Part shown: positions 40,172-48,670 of the stretch, one piece after another
Numbering within the stretch: the first letter of the stretch is position 1
How the letters are laid out: every line of letters begins with the position of its first letter
Source: an uncultured Acidobacteriaceae bacterium
Lineage (GTDB): Bacteria > Acidobacteriota > Terriglobia > Terriglobales > Acidobacteriaceae
Length of the DNA stretch: 64,000 bases
Assembly (NCBI GenBank): GCA_963738085.1
Contig: CAVTVC010000009.1
Location: 62,454-126,453, forward strand
Direction of reading: 5' to 3'
Notes under the pieces: model-generated
What the model was told of the DNA's origin: nothing
Database searches by the model: none
Seen by the model: only the letters and a program-made list of their open reading frames with translations
Program-made: the position numbers and the translations under genes

Positions 40172-40723
40172 ATGAGCCAATTTCATCTGCGAGTAGCGAC
40201 GGAGGAGGATGTGTCTGGTATTCGGAGGTTGATTGATGCTTCTGTGCGGGGTTTGCAGGCGAAGGATTATTCCGCTGCGCAGATTGAAGGGGCTCTGGCT
40301 ACGGTGTTTACGGTGGATAGCCAGTTGGTTGCTGATGGAACTTATTTTGTGGCGTTCACTGAGAGTGGGGAGTTGGCTGGGTGTGGCGGGTGGAGTTTTC
40401 GGAAGACGCTTTACGGCGGGGATCACCAGATGGAGAGGATTGTTCTGGAGCGGATGAATCCGATGGTGGATGCGGCTAAGGTTCGGGCGATCTTTGTGCA
40501 TCCGAAGTTTGCGAGGATGGGGTTGGGGAGTTTGATTTTATCGGCTGCTGAAAATGCTGCTTCGGAGCAAGGATTTTCGCGGTTCGAGATGGGGAGTACG
40601 TTGACCGGAGTGGCGCTCTACACGTTGAAGGGGTATCGGGAGGTGAGTAGGGTTTTAGTTCCGGTGGGTGGTGGGGAGGAGATTGAGGTGGTGAGGATGG
40701 TGAAGGAGAGTGAACATTCTTGA
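40172..40723 (+). CDS. GNAT family N-acetyltransferase
   Basis: AGCGGWS, VRAIFVHPKFARMGLG motif A and LYTLKGY. Confidence 0.88.
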   Translation: MSQFHLRVATEEDVSGIRRLIDASVRGLQAKDYSAAQIEGALATVFTVDSQLVADGTYFVAFTESGELAGCGGWSFRKTLYGGDHQMERIVLERMNPMVDAAKVRAIFVHPKFARMGLGSLILSAAENAASEQGFSRFEMGSTLTGVALYTLKGYREVSRVLVPVGGGEEIEVVRMVKESEHS

Positions 40724-40790
40724 TGGTGTGCAAGCCACCCGCTCCGGAAGGGTTACTCTGTTTGTTTTTCCAGTCGCAAGAATAACTACA

Positions 40791-40846
40791 AATCCTTCGA
40801 CTTCGCGGCGCGCAAAGTGCGCGAGTACTTAACTCAGGATGACAAT
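40791..40846 (+). repeat. Palindromic repeat family 2 (TCCTTCGACT...CTCAGGATGACAAT)
   Basis: Shares both arms and the CGCAAAG..GCGCGAG core with 55992-56047. Confidence 0.8.
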
Positions 40847-40864
40847 CAGATACTGGTTCGGAGC

Positions 40865-42433
40865 CTATGATGTGGTGAGTTTGAGAGTGATGCCGATGTC
40901 GGCTGTGGGTGGGCGGCTGGAGGGAAGAGTGACGTTGAGGGCAGTTGGGTCTTGAGCGAACTTCAGGTTTTGACCGTGGCCTAACATTGTGGCACTGGTG
41001 ATTTTTGGTGGGTTCTGCGGGCTGCTGGTGCCCAGGGACGGGATGACGGCTGTGCCTTCCGGCCAGCCTTGAATGAAGGCGTAGATGGTTGAGCCTTTTG
41101 CGGTGAAGCGGATGTCGGTGGCCGAGAGATCGGGCTTTTTGCCTTCGTTGGGGTCGAACTCCTGGCCGTTTTTGGCGATGACTACTTTAGTTGATGGGCC
41201 TTCGCCGTAGATCTTCCAGGGGCGGGTGGCGTAGATGCCTTCGCCGTTGACGGCCATCCATGCAGTGATGCCGGCGAGTACCTCGCGTTCGGCGAAGTCG
41301 AGTTCGCCGCTGTTGGGGAGTGGGAAGTTGAGGAGCAGGTTGCCGTTTTTGCTGACGATGTCGACGAGAAGGTCGATAACTTTTTTCGGAGTTTTGTAGG
41401 CAACGCCGCGCTTGTAGTGCCAGTCTCCGATGCATGTGTCGGTCTGCCATGGGGCAGGAGAGATGCCGTCGAGGACGCCGCGTTCGCGATCGAGTGCGCA
41501 GGTGCCGATGGCGCAGTTCTCGGCGGTCTTGCTGAAGTAGACGGACTCGACTTTGCCGTTGTGTTTTGCTGCGCTGACGTTGTAGATCTCGGCGACGGTG
41601 GAGTAACCGTACTCGTCGAAGGGGATGCCGCCGTCGGTGTAGAGGAGATCGGGCTGGTACTGGTCGATGAGGTCTTTGATGCGGCGAAAATACTGGAGCT
41701 TCCAACGGTCTGGCGCGATGCGGCCCATGGCCTCTGCGGTCCTGGCGAAGTTGGTTGGCTGGCCAGTGTAGTCGTGGTAGAGATCGGCGAAAGCGGGATC
41801 GATGCCGTCGTAGGGAACGCCTGCGAATGGGCCCTTTGTGTCGCTGGTGTGCGCGGGGGCCAGCCAGTCGTAGGAGTTGGAGAGATGTTCGCTGACGCCG
41901 AAGCGGAGGCCGCGCTTGCGGGCGGCGGTGGCCCATTCGCCGACGACGTCGCGTTTGGGGCCGGATGCGGCAGCGTTCCAGCGCGGTTGATATTTGGAGT
42001 TCCACATGTCGAAGTTGTCGTGGTGGACGCCCATGGAGAAGAAGTATTTTGCGCCGGCTTTGACATAGAGATCCATGAGGTGGTCAGGATCCCAACTTGC
42101 GGCTTTGAATTTGGGGATGAGGTCTTTGTAGCCGACCCTGGAGGGGTGGCCGTAGGTTTCAACGTGGTAGTTGTACTGGCCTGAGCCCTGGATGTACATG
42201 TTGCGGGCGTACCAGTCGCCGTATTCGACGCTGGATTGCGGTCCCCAGTGGGCCCAGATACCAAACTTGGCATCGTTGAACCAGGCGGGAAAGCGGTAGG
42301 CCTGCAGGGATGCAGGTGTTCCGGTGAAAGGGCCGGGAGCGATGGTGATCTGGTTTTGCTGGGCGTAAGCAGATCTTAGGGCGGGCGCTGCGGTTGCGAG
42401 GAGAGCAAGCGCCCGGCGGCGAGTGATTTTCAT
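40865..42433 (-). CDS. Alpha-L-fucosidase (GH29) with Tat signal
   Basis: TRRRALAL Tat-like motif, AKFGIWAHWG, HHDNFDMWNS and PDLLYTDG. Confidence 0.9.
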   Translation of the reverse strand: MKITRRRALALLATAAPALRSAYAQQNQITIAPGPFTGTPASLQAYRFPAWFNDAKFGIWAHWGPQSSVEYGDWYARNMYIQGSGQYNYHVETYGHPSRVGYKDLIPKFKAASWDPDHLMDLYVKAGAKYFFSMGVHHDNFDMWNSKYQPRWNAAASGPKRDVVGEWATAARKRGLRFGVSEHLSNSYDWLAPAHTSDTKGPFAGVPYDGIDPAFADLYHDYTGQPTNFARTAEAMGRIAPDRWKLQYFRRIKDLIDQYQPDLLYTDGGIPFDEYGYSTVAEIYNVSAAKHNGKVESVYFSKTAENCAIGTCALDRERGVLDGISPAPWQTDTCIGDWHYKRGVAYKTPKKVIDLLVDIVSKNGNLLLNFPLPNSGELDFAEREVLAGITAWMAVNGEGIYATRPWKIYGEGPSTKVVIAKNGQEFDPNEGKKPDLSATDIRFTAKGSTIYAFIQGWPEGTAVIPSLGTSSPQNPPKITSATMLGHGQNLKFAQDPTALNVTLPSSRPPTADIGITLKLTTS

Positions 42434-42542
42434 TCGAGCCACTCTAGTGATTATGGTGGCTCGATGCAAGTTAGGAGTTAATGTTCGATTGCTGGATATC
42501 CCACTCTTCGCGGGCGCGAAGAATGGGATATCGATGGCATAT

Positions 42543-42686
42543 TTAGACGACTTTGAGCAGAAGAAGAATGAGGACGATGAGGAGGATGAGGGAAATGCCG
42601 CCACCGCCGTAGTAGCCGAGCCCTGGTCCCATGCGGTATCCACCGAAGCCAAACACGAGTATCAAGACGATCAAAAGAATGAGCAT
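42543..42686 (-). CDS. 47-aa DUF3309-like small membrane protein (not in ORF track)
   Basis: Manual translation MLILLIVLILVFGFGGYRMGPGLGYYGGGGISLILLIVLILLLLKVV with a GGAG RBS upstream. Confidence 0.8.
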   Translation of the reverse strand: MLILLIVLILVFGFGGYRMGPGLGYYGGGGISLILLIVLILLLLKVV

Positions 42687-42791
42687 TTTTTATTTCTCCG
42701 TTCGGCGAAGATTCGCCACTGGAGGTGTGATGCAAATTCTGTTTGGAGTGCGAAAAGATTTGTGTTTCGGAGGGTTGCCTGATCGCGGAGT

Positions 42792-43229
42792 TTATTTTTG
42801 GAAGAGGTCGCTCTCGGCTTGGCGGCGTTGGTGGAGGCCGTCGATGACGATACCTTTGGCATGGTCCCATAGGAGAAACTGCTGGGCGGCAGATGCGAAG
42901 TTGCCAGCGTTGACCTCGCGCAGCAGAGTTGAGGAGAGCAGAGCGGCGCAACCGAGATTGAAGACGAAGTCTACTAAGGCGTCGAACTGGTTCTGGTTGA
43001 TTGGGGCGGTGACGGCTCGATTGACGCATGCGACAGAGGCGGCGATGTCGCTGTGAAGGAGGTGGTCGGCCTGATCCTGGGTGATGATGAGGCCTGCGTG
43101 GATGGTGGGGCCGGTGTGTCCGTAGCCTATCGTCCAGACACCGACCTGATCCTGGTAGGCGTTTAGTTTGAGGCCTTCAAATTTTTGGGTCAGGGCGAGG
43201 CCCGTGCTGCTGTAGGTAAAGTTGGCCAT
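42792..43229 (-). CDS. GH24 phage-type lysozyme
   Basis: E-x8-D-x5-T triad (FEGLKLNAYQDQVGVWTIGYGHT), QFDALVDFVFNLG and GLHQRRQAE. Confidence 0.92.
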   Translation of the reverse strand: MANFTYSSTGLALTQKFEGLKLNAYQDQVGVWTIGYGHTGPTIHAGLIITQDQADHLLHSDIAASVACVNRAVTAPINQNQFDALVDFVFNLGCAALLSSTLLREVNAGNFASAAQQFLLWDHAKGIVIDGLHQRRQAESDLFQK

Positions 43230-43351
43230 TTGTTGCTCCGCGTGGCTGGGATTTCTCTATGGTATGGGTGGAGGGCGCGGGATTTCAATGCCGCGTATCT
43301 GGTCTTCGCGCACGAACACCTGCTTTACAGGCTTGGATGTGGAGTGCTGTT

Positions 43352-43729
43352 CTATTTTTCTTTTTCGAGTTCGACGACCATGACTTCCATTGGCTTGTCG
43401 CCTGCGTTGACGTCGGAGTGGAGGGTGTTGGGGGGCATGGCGGGGAGCCAGTAGGCTTTGCCGGTCTCCCATACGTGGGGTTCGACGTTGCCGGCGGGGT
43501 CGACGATGTTCATGGTGCCGCCGGTGAGGGCGATGATGACGCGGGGGTGATCGTGGTGGTGCATGGCGAGAGGCTGGTGCGGGAGCACGACGGTCTTCCA
43601 GACTTTGACTGCTTCGTTTTCGAATTGCGGCAACCGTTGTGTCTGTTGGGACTTCTGTTCGACCTGTGAGATGAGGACGGTGGTGCTGAGCGCGGCAGCT
43701 GCGAGGGCTGCGCGGATAGCGTGCTTCAT
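43352..43729 (-). CDS. Secreted cupin domain protein
   Basis: FENEAVKV, MHHHDHPRV and LHSDVN cupin motifs; AGGAG RBS. Confidence 0.8.
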   Translation of the reverse strand: MKHAIRAALAAAALSTTVLISQVEQKSQQTQRLPQFENEAVKVWKTVVLPHQPLAMHHHDHPRVIIALTGGTMNIVDPAGNVEPHVWETGKAYWLPAMPPNTLHSDVNAGDKPMEVMVVELEKEK

Positions 43730-43758
43730 GGGTGTCTCCTTTTGGCGTGAGTGTAGCA

Positions 43759-43816
43759 CCCCCTCCCCCGTCAAAAGTGTGCAAAGTCTTCGAAGGAGGG
43801 ACTTTAGGCTTGGACT
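43759..43816 (+). repeat. Repeat family 3, second copy
   Basis: CCCCCTCCCCCGTCAAAAGTGTGCAAAGTCTTCGAAGGAGGGACTTTAGGCTTGGACT. Confidence 0.65.
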
Positions 43817-43902
43817 AGCGGGTGAACTGCGGAGGGGCACAACGTTTTCGTTGGCATGAAGCCCTTTTTGGGAGTTCGCTTATGTCAAGTTTTAGGGCTG
43901 CG

Positions 43903-44286
43903 TCAGCGAAGCGGTTTGCCGATCTCCCAGTGGTGGCCGAAGGGGTCGAGGAGGCGGCCTATGCGCCAGGCGTGTTCGATCCGGATGGGGCAGACGATGG
44001 TGGCTCCGGCGGCGATGGCTCGGTCGAAGGCTGCTTCGGGGTCTTCGGTGGTGAGGATCATTCGGACGGTGCCACCGTTGAGGGTTTCGGGGCTGAAGTT
44101 CTGGTGCTCGGGGGATTCGTCGGCGACCCAGAAGCTGTAGCTGTTGATGGAGAGATTGCAGACTACGGCGCCGGATGGGTCTTCGTGGCGGAAGAGCTCT
44201 TCGGCTCCAAAGGCGGATTTGTAGAAGTCGACGGCTTTGGCTCCGTTGCGGACGGAGAGGAAAGCGGCGAGGGTGGTGGAGGTCAT
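43903..44286 (-). CDS. VOC/glyoxalase (PhnB-like) protein
   Basis: AVDFYKSAFGA and WRIGRLLDPFGHHW. Confidence 0.88.
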   Translation of the reverse strand: MTSTTLAAFLSVRNGAKAVDFYKSAFGAEELFRHEDPSGAVVCNLSINSYSFWVADESPEHQNFSPETLNGGTVRMILTTEDPEAAFDRAIAAGATIVCPIRIEHAWRIGRLLDPFGHHWEIGKPLR

Positions 44287-44350
44287 GGAGACTCCTTTCG
44301 GATGGGTGGGAGTAGTTTACGGTTGGGAGCGACGACAGTTCGCGCCTTCG

Positions 44351-44395
44351 CGCGAATTCCCACTCATGCGATGAGACTGCATGAATGGGGCACCC
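44351..44395 (+). repeat. REP-like palindrome, family 1 variant
   Basis: CGCGAATT-CCCACTCATGC...GCATGAATGGG-GCACCC: same flanks as family 1 with a different stem. Confidence 0.75.
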
Positions 44396-44518
44396 ATGGT
44401 CTCGGCTACATTTCATGTGCGGGCCACGCAGCCATGATGAATCAGGAATCGGGGGTGTGCTATGCTGTGTCGCATCCAGCAGCCCAAAATCGGAATCCTC
44501 GTTAAGAAGGAATCAGCC

Positions 44519-45055
44519 ATGAACCGCAAAAGCAAGCTCACGATTGCGAGAGCCACGGCAGCGCTCGTCCTCCTCGGCGCCTCGGCCGTTTACCCGCAGG
44601 AAAAGTACTCCCTGATATCGCCGGGCGGGATTGCGTTCTCCGACTTCAAGGGATATGAGGACTGGTCGGTGGTCTCTTCGGCCCGGACCGACGAAGTGCT
44701 CAAGGTGATCGTCGCCAATCCAATCATGATCAAGGCGTTCAAGGCGGGCATTCCGGGTAACGGCCAGCCTTTCCCGGATGGTGCCAAGATCGCGAAGCTC
44801 CAGTGGAAGCCGAAGAAGAGCACGGAGGCCCCTTTCGTCGTGGATGTGCCAGACATCTTCAAGCAGGCTTTCGTTATGGAAAAGGACAGCAAGAGGTTTC
44901 TGAAAGACGACGGCGGATGGGGATACGCGGTGTTCAACTATGAAGCCGCATCGGGCAAGTTCACGGCGGATTCCAGTCCCGTAAATTGCGGGACCACGTG
45001 CCATAAGGCCGTGAAGGCGAAGGACTACATCTTCCACCCGTACCAGAAGCGTTGA
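44519..45055 (+). CDS. Cytochrome P460/c'-beta family periplasmic heme protein
   Basis: Signal peptide, FPDGAKIAK, GGWGYAVF and C-terminal CGTTCH followed by KDYIF. Confidence 0.82.
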   Translation: MNRKSKLTIARATAALVLLGASAVYPQEKYSLISPGGIAFSDFKGYEDWSVVSSARTDEVLKVIVANPIMIKAFKAGIPGNGQPFPDGAKIAKLQWKPKKSTEAPFVVDVPDIFKQAFVMEKDSKRFLKDDGGWGYAVFNYEAASGKFTADSSPVNCGTTCHKAVKAKDYIFHPYQKR

Positions 45056-45056
45056 A

Positions 45057-45094
45057 GCGGATCTGCCCGGCGTCGAGTACCCGGGCAGATCCGC
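45057..45094. terminator. Perfect 14-bp inverted repeat between convergent genes
   Basis: GCGGATCTGCCCGG-N10-CCGGGCAGATCCGC. Confidence 0.7.
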
Positions 45095-45112
45095 CGAATG
45101 GTGCGTGTCGGT

Positions 45113-45853
45113 TCAGGCGTTGGTTCCACCATCAACGGTGAGATTGGCCCCTGTGATGTACGAGGACTCGGGGCTGGCGACGAAGGACACCAGGGCGGCG
45201 ACCTCGTCTGGTGTACCGTAGCGTTTGAGTGCTGTAACGGCTATTTGGGGAGCTGCCCAGTCGCCTGCGGCGGGATTGAGGTCGGTGTCGATAGGGCCGG
45301 GCTGGACGTTGTTGACGGTGATGCCGCGGCTGCCGACCTCCCGGGACAAGCCCTGGGTGAACATCTTTACCGCTCCCTTGGTGGCTCCATAGGCTGCCAG
45401 TCCGGGAGTCATGTTTTTCTCCCCGACGCAGGAGCCAATCATGATGATGCGGCCGTTGTCGTTCATGTTCTTGAGAGCCGCCTGGGTCGCGACCATTACG
45501 CCGCGGAAGTTGAGGTCGATCATGTGGTCCATCTCCTCGAGCGTCGTCTGCTCGAATGGCTTGGGGATGGCGGTGCCTGCGTTATTTACGAGGACGTCCA
45601 ACTTGCCCAAAGTCGCGACGATTTTTTCGACTGCGGCATTGATCGCTTTGGGATCGGCGGCGTCCGCCTGGATGGCGAGTGCCTTTCCGCCGCTGCCTTC
45701 GATTGCTTTGACCACGGCGGAGGCTGCGTTGGCGTCCTTCGCGTAGGTGATGGCCACGCTCGCTCCATCTGTGGCCAGACGCTTTGCGATCGCGGCGCCG
45801 ATTCCTCGGGAACCGCCGGTAACAAGTGCCACTTTATTGGCTAGCTTCGACAT
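45113..45853 (-). CDS. SDR oxidoreductase (3-oxoacyl-ACP reductase-like)
   Basis: TGGSRGIG, VNNAG, YGATK and VQPGPIDTD. Confidence 0.92.
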   Translation of the reverse strand: MSKLANKVALVTGGSRGIGAAIAKRLATDGASVAITYAKDANAASAVVKAIEGSGGKALAIQADAADPKAINAAVEKIVATLGKLDVLVNNAGTAIPKPFEQTTLEEMDHMIDLNFRGVMVATQAALKNMNDNGRIIMIGSCVGEKNMTPGLAAYGATKGAVKMFTQGLSREVGSRGITVNNVQPGPIDTDLNPAAGDWAAPQIAVTALKRYGTPDEVAALVSFVASPESSYITGANLTVDGGTNA

Positions 45854-46041
45854 ACACTCTCCTTTGGTTTTCTGTAATTTTTTTAGGGCGCTGATTTTCT
45901 AGCTGATGAGGATGCTGCTGGGAGCTTTCGGTTCATATCTGATGCGCTGCTCGTATGGGTGGATGCGTCAGTTTGAGGGAGACAAGCTATTGGATAAGAA
46001 ATGCGGAGATCGTAGGGAGGAGAAAGCGGTTCGCCGCTTTG

Positions 46042-46118
46042 CGCGAAGACCCACATCTGAGAATCGAGATATGGGACACCCGACTTCTGTGGCTCAATTT
46101 AGATATGGGCCACCCGGC
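46042..46118 (+). repeat. Long REP doublet (family 1)
   Basis: Full hairpin plus TGTGGCTCAATTTAGATATGGGCCACCCG tail. Near-identical direct repeat of 48124-48202. Confidence 0.88.
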
Positions 46119-46120
46119 AT

Positions 46121-46786
46121 TCAGGAGGAGAGACCCTTTTCGACCATAAGGATGAGGCATTCGCTGAGGGTTGAGATCTCGGCGGGCGTAGCGGTGTGGA
46201 GCGGGCCGTCGATGACTAGGAAGGCGAGGCCATGGACGGCGGACCAGGCGAGATACTCGGCGCGGGGGCGGCGGTTGCGGGGGAGGAGGCGGTGCAGGAC
46301 CATCAGGTCGAGGGCGTGGCCGAGGAGTTGGAAGGGGTTGAGGCCGCTGGCGCCGGTCTTTGCCTTGTCGTCGTCGCCGATGACTGGCTGTGTGTTCGAG
46401 AAGGCGGTGCGGAAGAGGCCGGGCTGGTGGAGCGCGAAGGTGAGGTAGCCGATGCCGACGGCACGGAGGCGGGCGCGGGCGAGCGCGGCACCGCGGCGAC
46501 GGGGCGGGATGGCGGCGATCTCGGCCTCGATGGTGCGGGCGAGCTGCGAGAGGGCGTGGGCGCGGACGGCGGCGAGCAGCTCGGCGTGGCTGGAGAAGTG
46601 GCGGTAGGCGGCGTTGGGGACGACGCCGGCGCGGCGGGTGGCCTCGCGGAGAACGACGGCTGCGGGGCCACCTGTGCGGGCGAGCTCGACTCCGGCGGCC
46701 AGCAGGGTGCGTGGGAGATCGCCGTGGCGGAAGGTGGTCCTTGCAGGGGTGGGTGGCGCGGGAGTCTTCTTCGGCTTCGTCATCAT
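46121..46786 (-). CDS. TetR/AcrR family regulator (WHG-type C-terminal domain)
   Basis: FRHGDL, VLREATRRAGVVPNAAYRHF HTH and WSAVHG. Confidence 0.9.
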   Translation of the reverse strand: MMTKPKKTPAPPTPARTTFRHGDLPRTLLAAGVELARTGGPAAVVLREATRRAGVVPNAAYRHFSSHAELLAAVRAHALSQLARTIEAEIAAIPPRRRGAALARARLRAVGIGYLTFALHQPGLFRTAFSNTQPVIGDDDKAKTGASGLNPFQLLGHALDLMVLHRLLPRNRRPRAEYLAWSAVHGLAFLVIDGPLHTATPAEISTLSECLILMVEKGLSS

Positions 46787-46790
46787 TGCT

Positions 46791-46846
46791 TGTGGACAGT
46801 GTACAGATTGTTCGCATAGCATCGCTGCATGTGAACAATGTCCACA
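46791..46846. promoter_or_regulatory. Two imperfect palindromic operators in the TetR/hypothetical divergent promoter
   Basis: TGTGGACAGTGTACAGA (46791-46807) and TGTGAACAATGTCCACA (46830-46846); 14/17 identity to each other's reverse complement. Confidence 0.65.
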
Positions 46847-46890
46847 TTTTGGACGACCGAAGCAAGTGAAGATGCTTTTTCAAGGAGGCT

Positions 46891-47607
46891 ATGCAGATGG
46901 CGAATCGGATGGTTGGAGCGATCATGTCTGGCGTGGTGTATGGAACGATCCTTCTCGGTGTGGCTGGGGTGGGGTGGGCGCAGGGAGCGAAGGCGCCGTA
47001 TCCTGCGATGGCCCCGGTGGAGCAGTACCGCGTGGCGAGCGTGGCGGAGGAGATTGCGTTGGCGCGTAGTGCGGCAAATGAGGCTGTGAGCCGCGATGCG
47101 GAGGTACTGGTGCTCGGAGGGCACGGCTACGAGACGGAGGCGAAGGGGACGAACGGCTTCGTCTGCCTGGTCGTGCGGTCGTGGGCGACCGGCTTCGATG
47201 ACCCGGAGTTCTGGAACCCGAAGGCACGTGCGCCGCACTGCTTCAACGCCGTCGCGGCGCGCTCGGTGTTGCCGGCGTACCTGAAGCGGACGGAGTGGGT
47301 GCTCGCCGGGTTGACGAAGGAGCAGGTGAAGGAGCGCATGAAGGAGGCGGTGGCGAAGAAGGTCTTCACGGCGCCAGAGGAGGGATCGATGTGCTACATG
47401 CTGTCGAAGCAGGGCTACCTGAACGATCACGATGGCCATTGGCATCCGCACCTGATGTTCTTCCTTCCCCCGACGGAGGCGGCGAGCTGGGGCGCGAATC
47501 TCAAGGGCTCGCCGGTCTTCGCCGCGCCGGGAGACGTCGAGCCAGTGACGACTTTCTTTGTTCCGGTGACGAAGTGGTCGGATGGGACGATGGAGGAGAT
47601 GAAGTGA
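46891..47607 (+). CDS. Secreted hypothetical protein with Cys/His motifs
   Basis: AGGAGG RBS, signal peptide, APHCFN, CYML and HWHPHLMF. Confidence 0.78.
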   Translation: MQMANRMVGAIMSGVVYGTILLGVAGVGWAQGAKAPYPAMAPVEQYRVASVAEEIALARSAANEAVSRDAEVLVLGGHGYETEAKGTNGFVCLVVRSWATGFDDPEFWNPKARAPHCFNAVAARSVLPAYLKRTEWVLAGLTKEQVKERMKEAVAKKVFTAPEEGSMCYMLSKQGYLNDHDGHWHPHLMFFLPPTEAASWGANLKGSPVFAAPGDVEPVTTFFVPVTKWSDGTMEEMK

Positions 47608-47627
47608 CGATTTGAGTTTGTTGCGGG

Positions 47628-48091
47628 TTAGGATTTCATAATCAGGAATGGGGATGGTTCGTTCAGGAGATAGTGGCGATAGGTGGACAAAGGCCAGTCT
47701 TCCGTGTTTTTGACGAGGCCGCGGGTGACTGGGGTTGCGGTGCATGTACTCCAGCTTTTCGACGCGCTGTTGTGGGTGAAGACATTGAAGTCGTAGTAGC
47801 GGGGTTGCCAGAAAGGGCGTTCGGCGAGGCGTCTGGAGGCGGAGATTTTCAGAGCCTGTAGAGCTTTTGAGAGAGGGGCTTCGGGAGGTTCGCTCATGAG
47901 GATGTGCACGTGCTCTGGCATGACGACGTAGCCGAGGATTTCGAATTGATAATGGCTTCGTGTGCGTTCGAGAGAGTCGAGGAAGATGTCTCTTGAGTTT
48001 GCGTGTTGAGGTAAGGTTTGCGGTTGTGACAACTAAAGGTGATGAAATGATCGTCGCCTTCTTAGTGGTATCGCTTGAGCCCAAACGGCAT
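47628..48091 (-). mobile_element. REP-associated tyrosine (Y1 HUH) transposase RAYT, inactivated (TAA at codon 10 plus about three frameshifts)
   Basis: MPFGLKRYH*...HFITFSCH, YVVMPEHVHIL (HUH), FWQPRYYD, KLEYMHRNP (catalytic Tyr) and W.LSTY; adjacent REP palindromes. Confidence 0.88.
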
Positions 48092-48123
48092 GGGTTGATT
48101 TTAGAGCATCGGGTTCGCGCGTG

Positions 48124-48202
48124 GCGCGAATGCCCACATCTCAGAATCGAGATGTGGGGCACCCAGTTTTTGTGGCTTCAATTTAGATGTGGGCCACCCG
48201 CC
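48124..48202 (+). repeat. Long REP doublet (family 1) directly upstream of RAYT
   Basis: Perfect stem CCCACATCTC-AGAATC-GAGATGTGGG (48133-48158), GCACCC and the shared tail. Confidence 0.9.
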
Positions 48203-48670
48203 CTAGTTCTTGACGGTCATCGCGTCGGAGTCCACGGCTTTCTTGCCGGTGATGCCTTCCAGAGCCATGAGAATTCCGCGGTAGTCGTTCTTATCGCACT
48301 GCATGACGAAACCGCCCTTCTGATCGCCATTGGCATAGGTGATGCCAATGAAGTGTTTCTTGGACTTGCTCAAGGCCATGAGGGCCCCAATTCCGAAGGA
48401 GACTACGGCAAGCCCGATGGCGGCACCGACCCGCCGGTGGACATCCTGTCCGTAAGAAATCTCGGTAATTGCGGAAGCGGGAACGGTGACTAGATCCTTC
48501 TTGTTTTTAGCCAAGCGCACCTGCGTCTGTTCGATTGCAAACTCGGCGGAAGAGCCGGATTTGACGGATTGAATCGATCCGCCGTCGTAGGCGACCTTGT
48601 AGCTGTTATCCGCCGCAAAGGCGACCGTGGGAACTAATAGGCAGAGAATTGCTGCAATAAAACTTTTCAA
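48203..48670 (-). CDS. Secreted/membrane hypothetical protein
   Basis: TTG start with AAGGA RBS, signal peptide, internal Gly-rich hydrophobic hairpin. Confidence 0.72.
   Translation of the reverse strand: MKSFIAAILCLLVPTVAFAADNSYKVAYDGGSIQSVKSGSSAEFAIEQTQVRLAKNKKDLVTVPASAITEISYGQDVHRRVGAAIGLAVVSFGIGALMALSKSKKHFIGITYANGDQKGGFVMQCDKNDYRGILMALEGITGKKAVDSDAMTVKN

Noticed and set aside
42526-42782. Acidic + strand ORF (MAYLDDFEQKKNEDDEEDE...)
   Set aside because: It is the antisense shadow of the hydrophobic DUF3309-like gene, which has the RBS.
42543-43229. Prophage around the lysozyme
   Set aside because: No integrase, capsid, terminase, tail or att-like sequence was recognised in the window.
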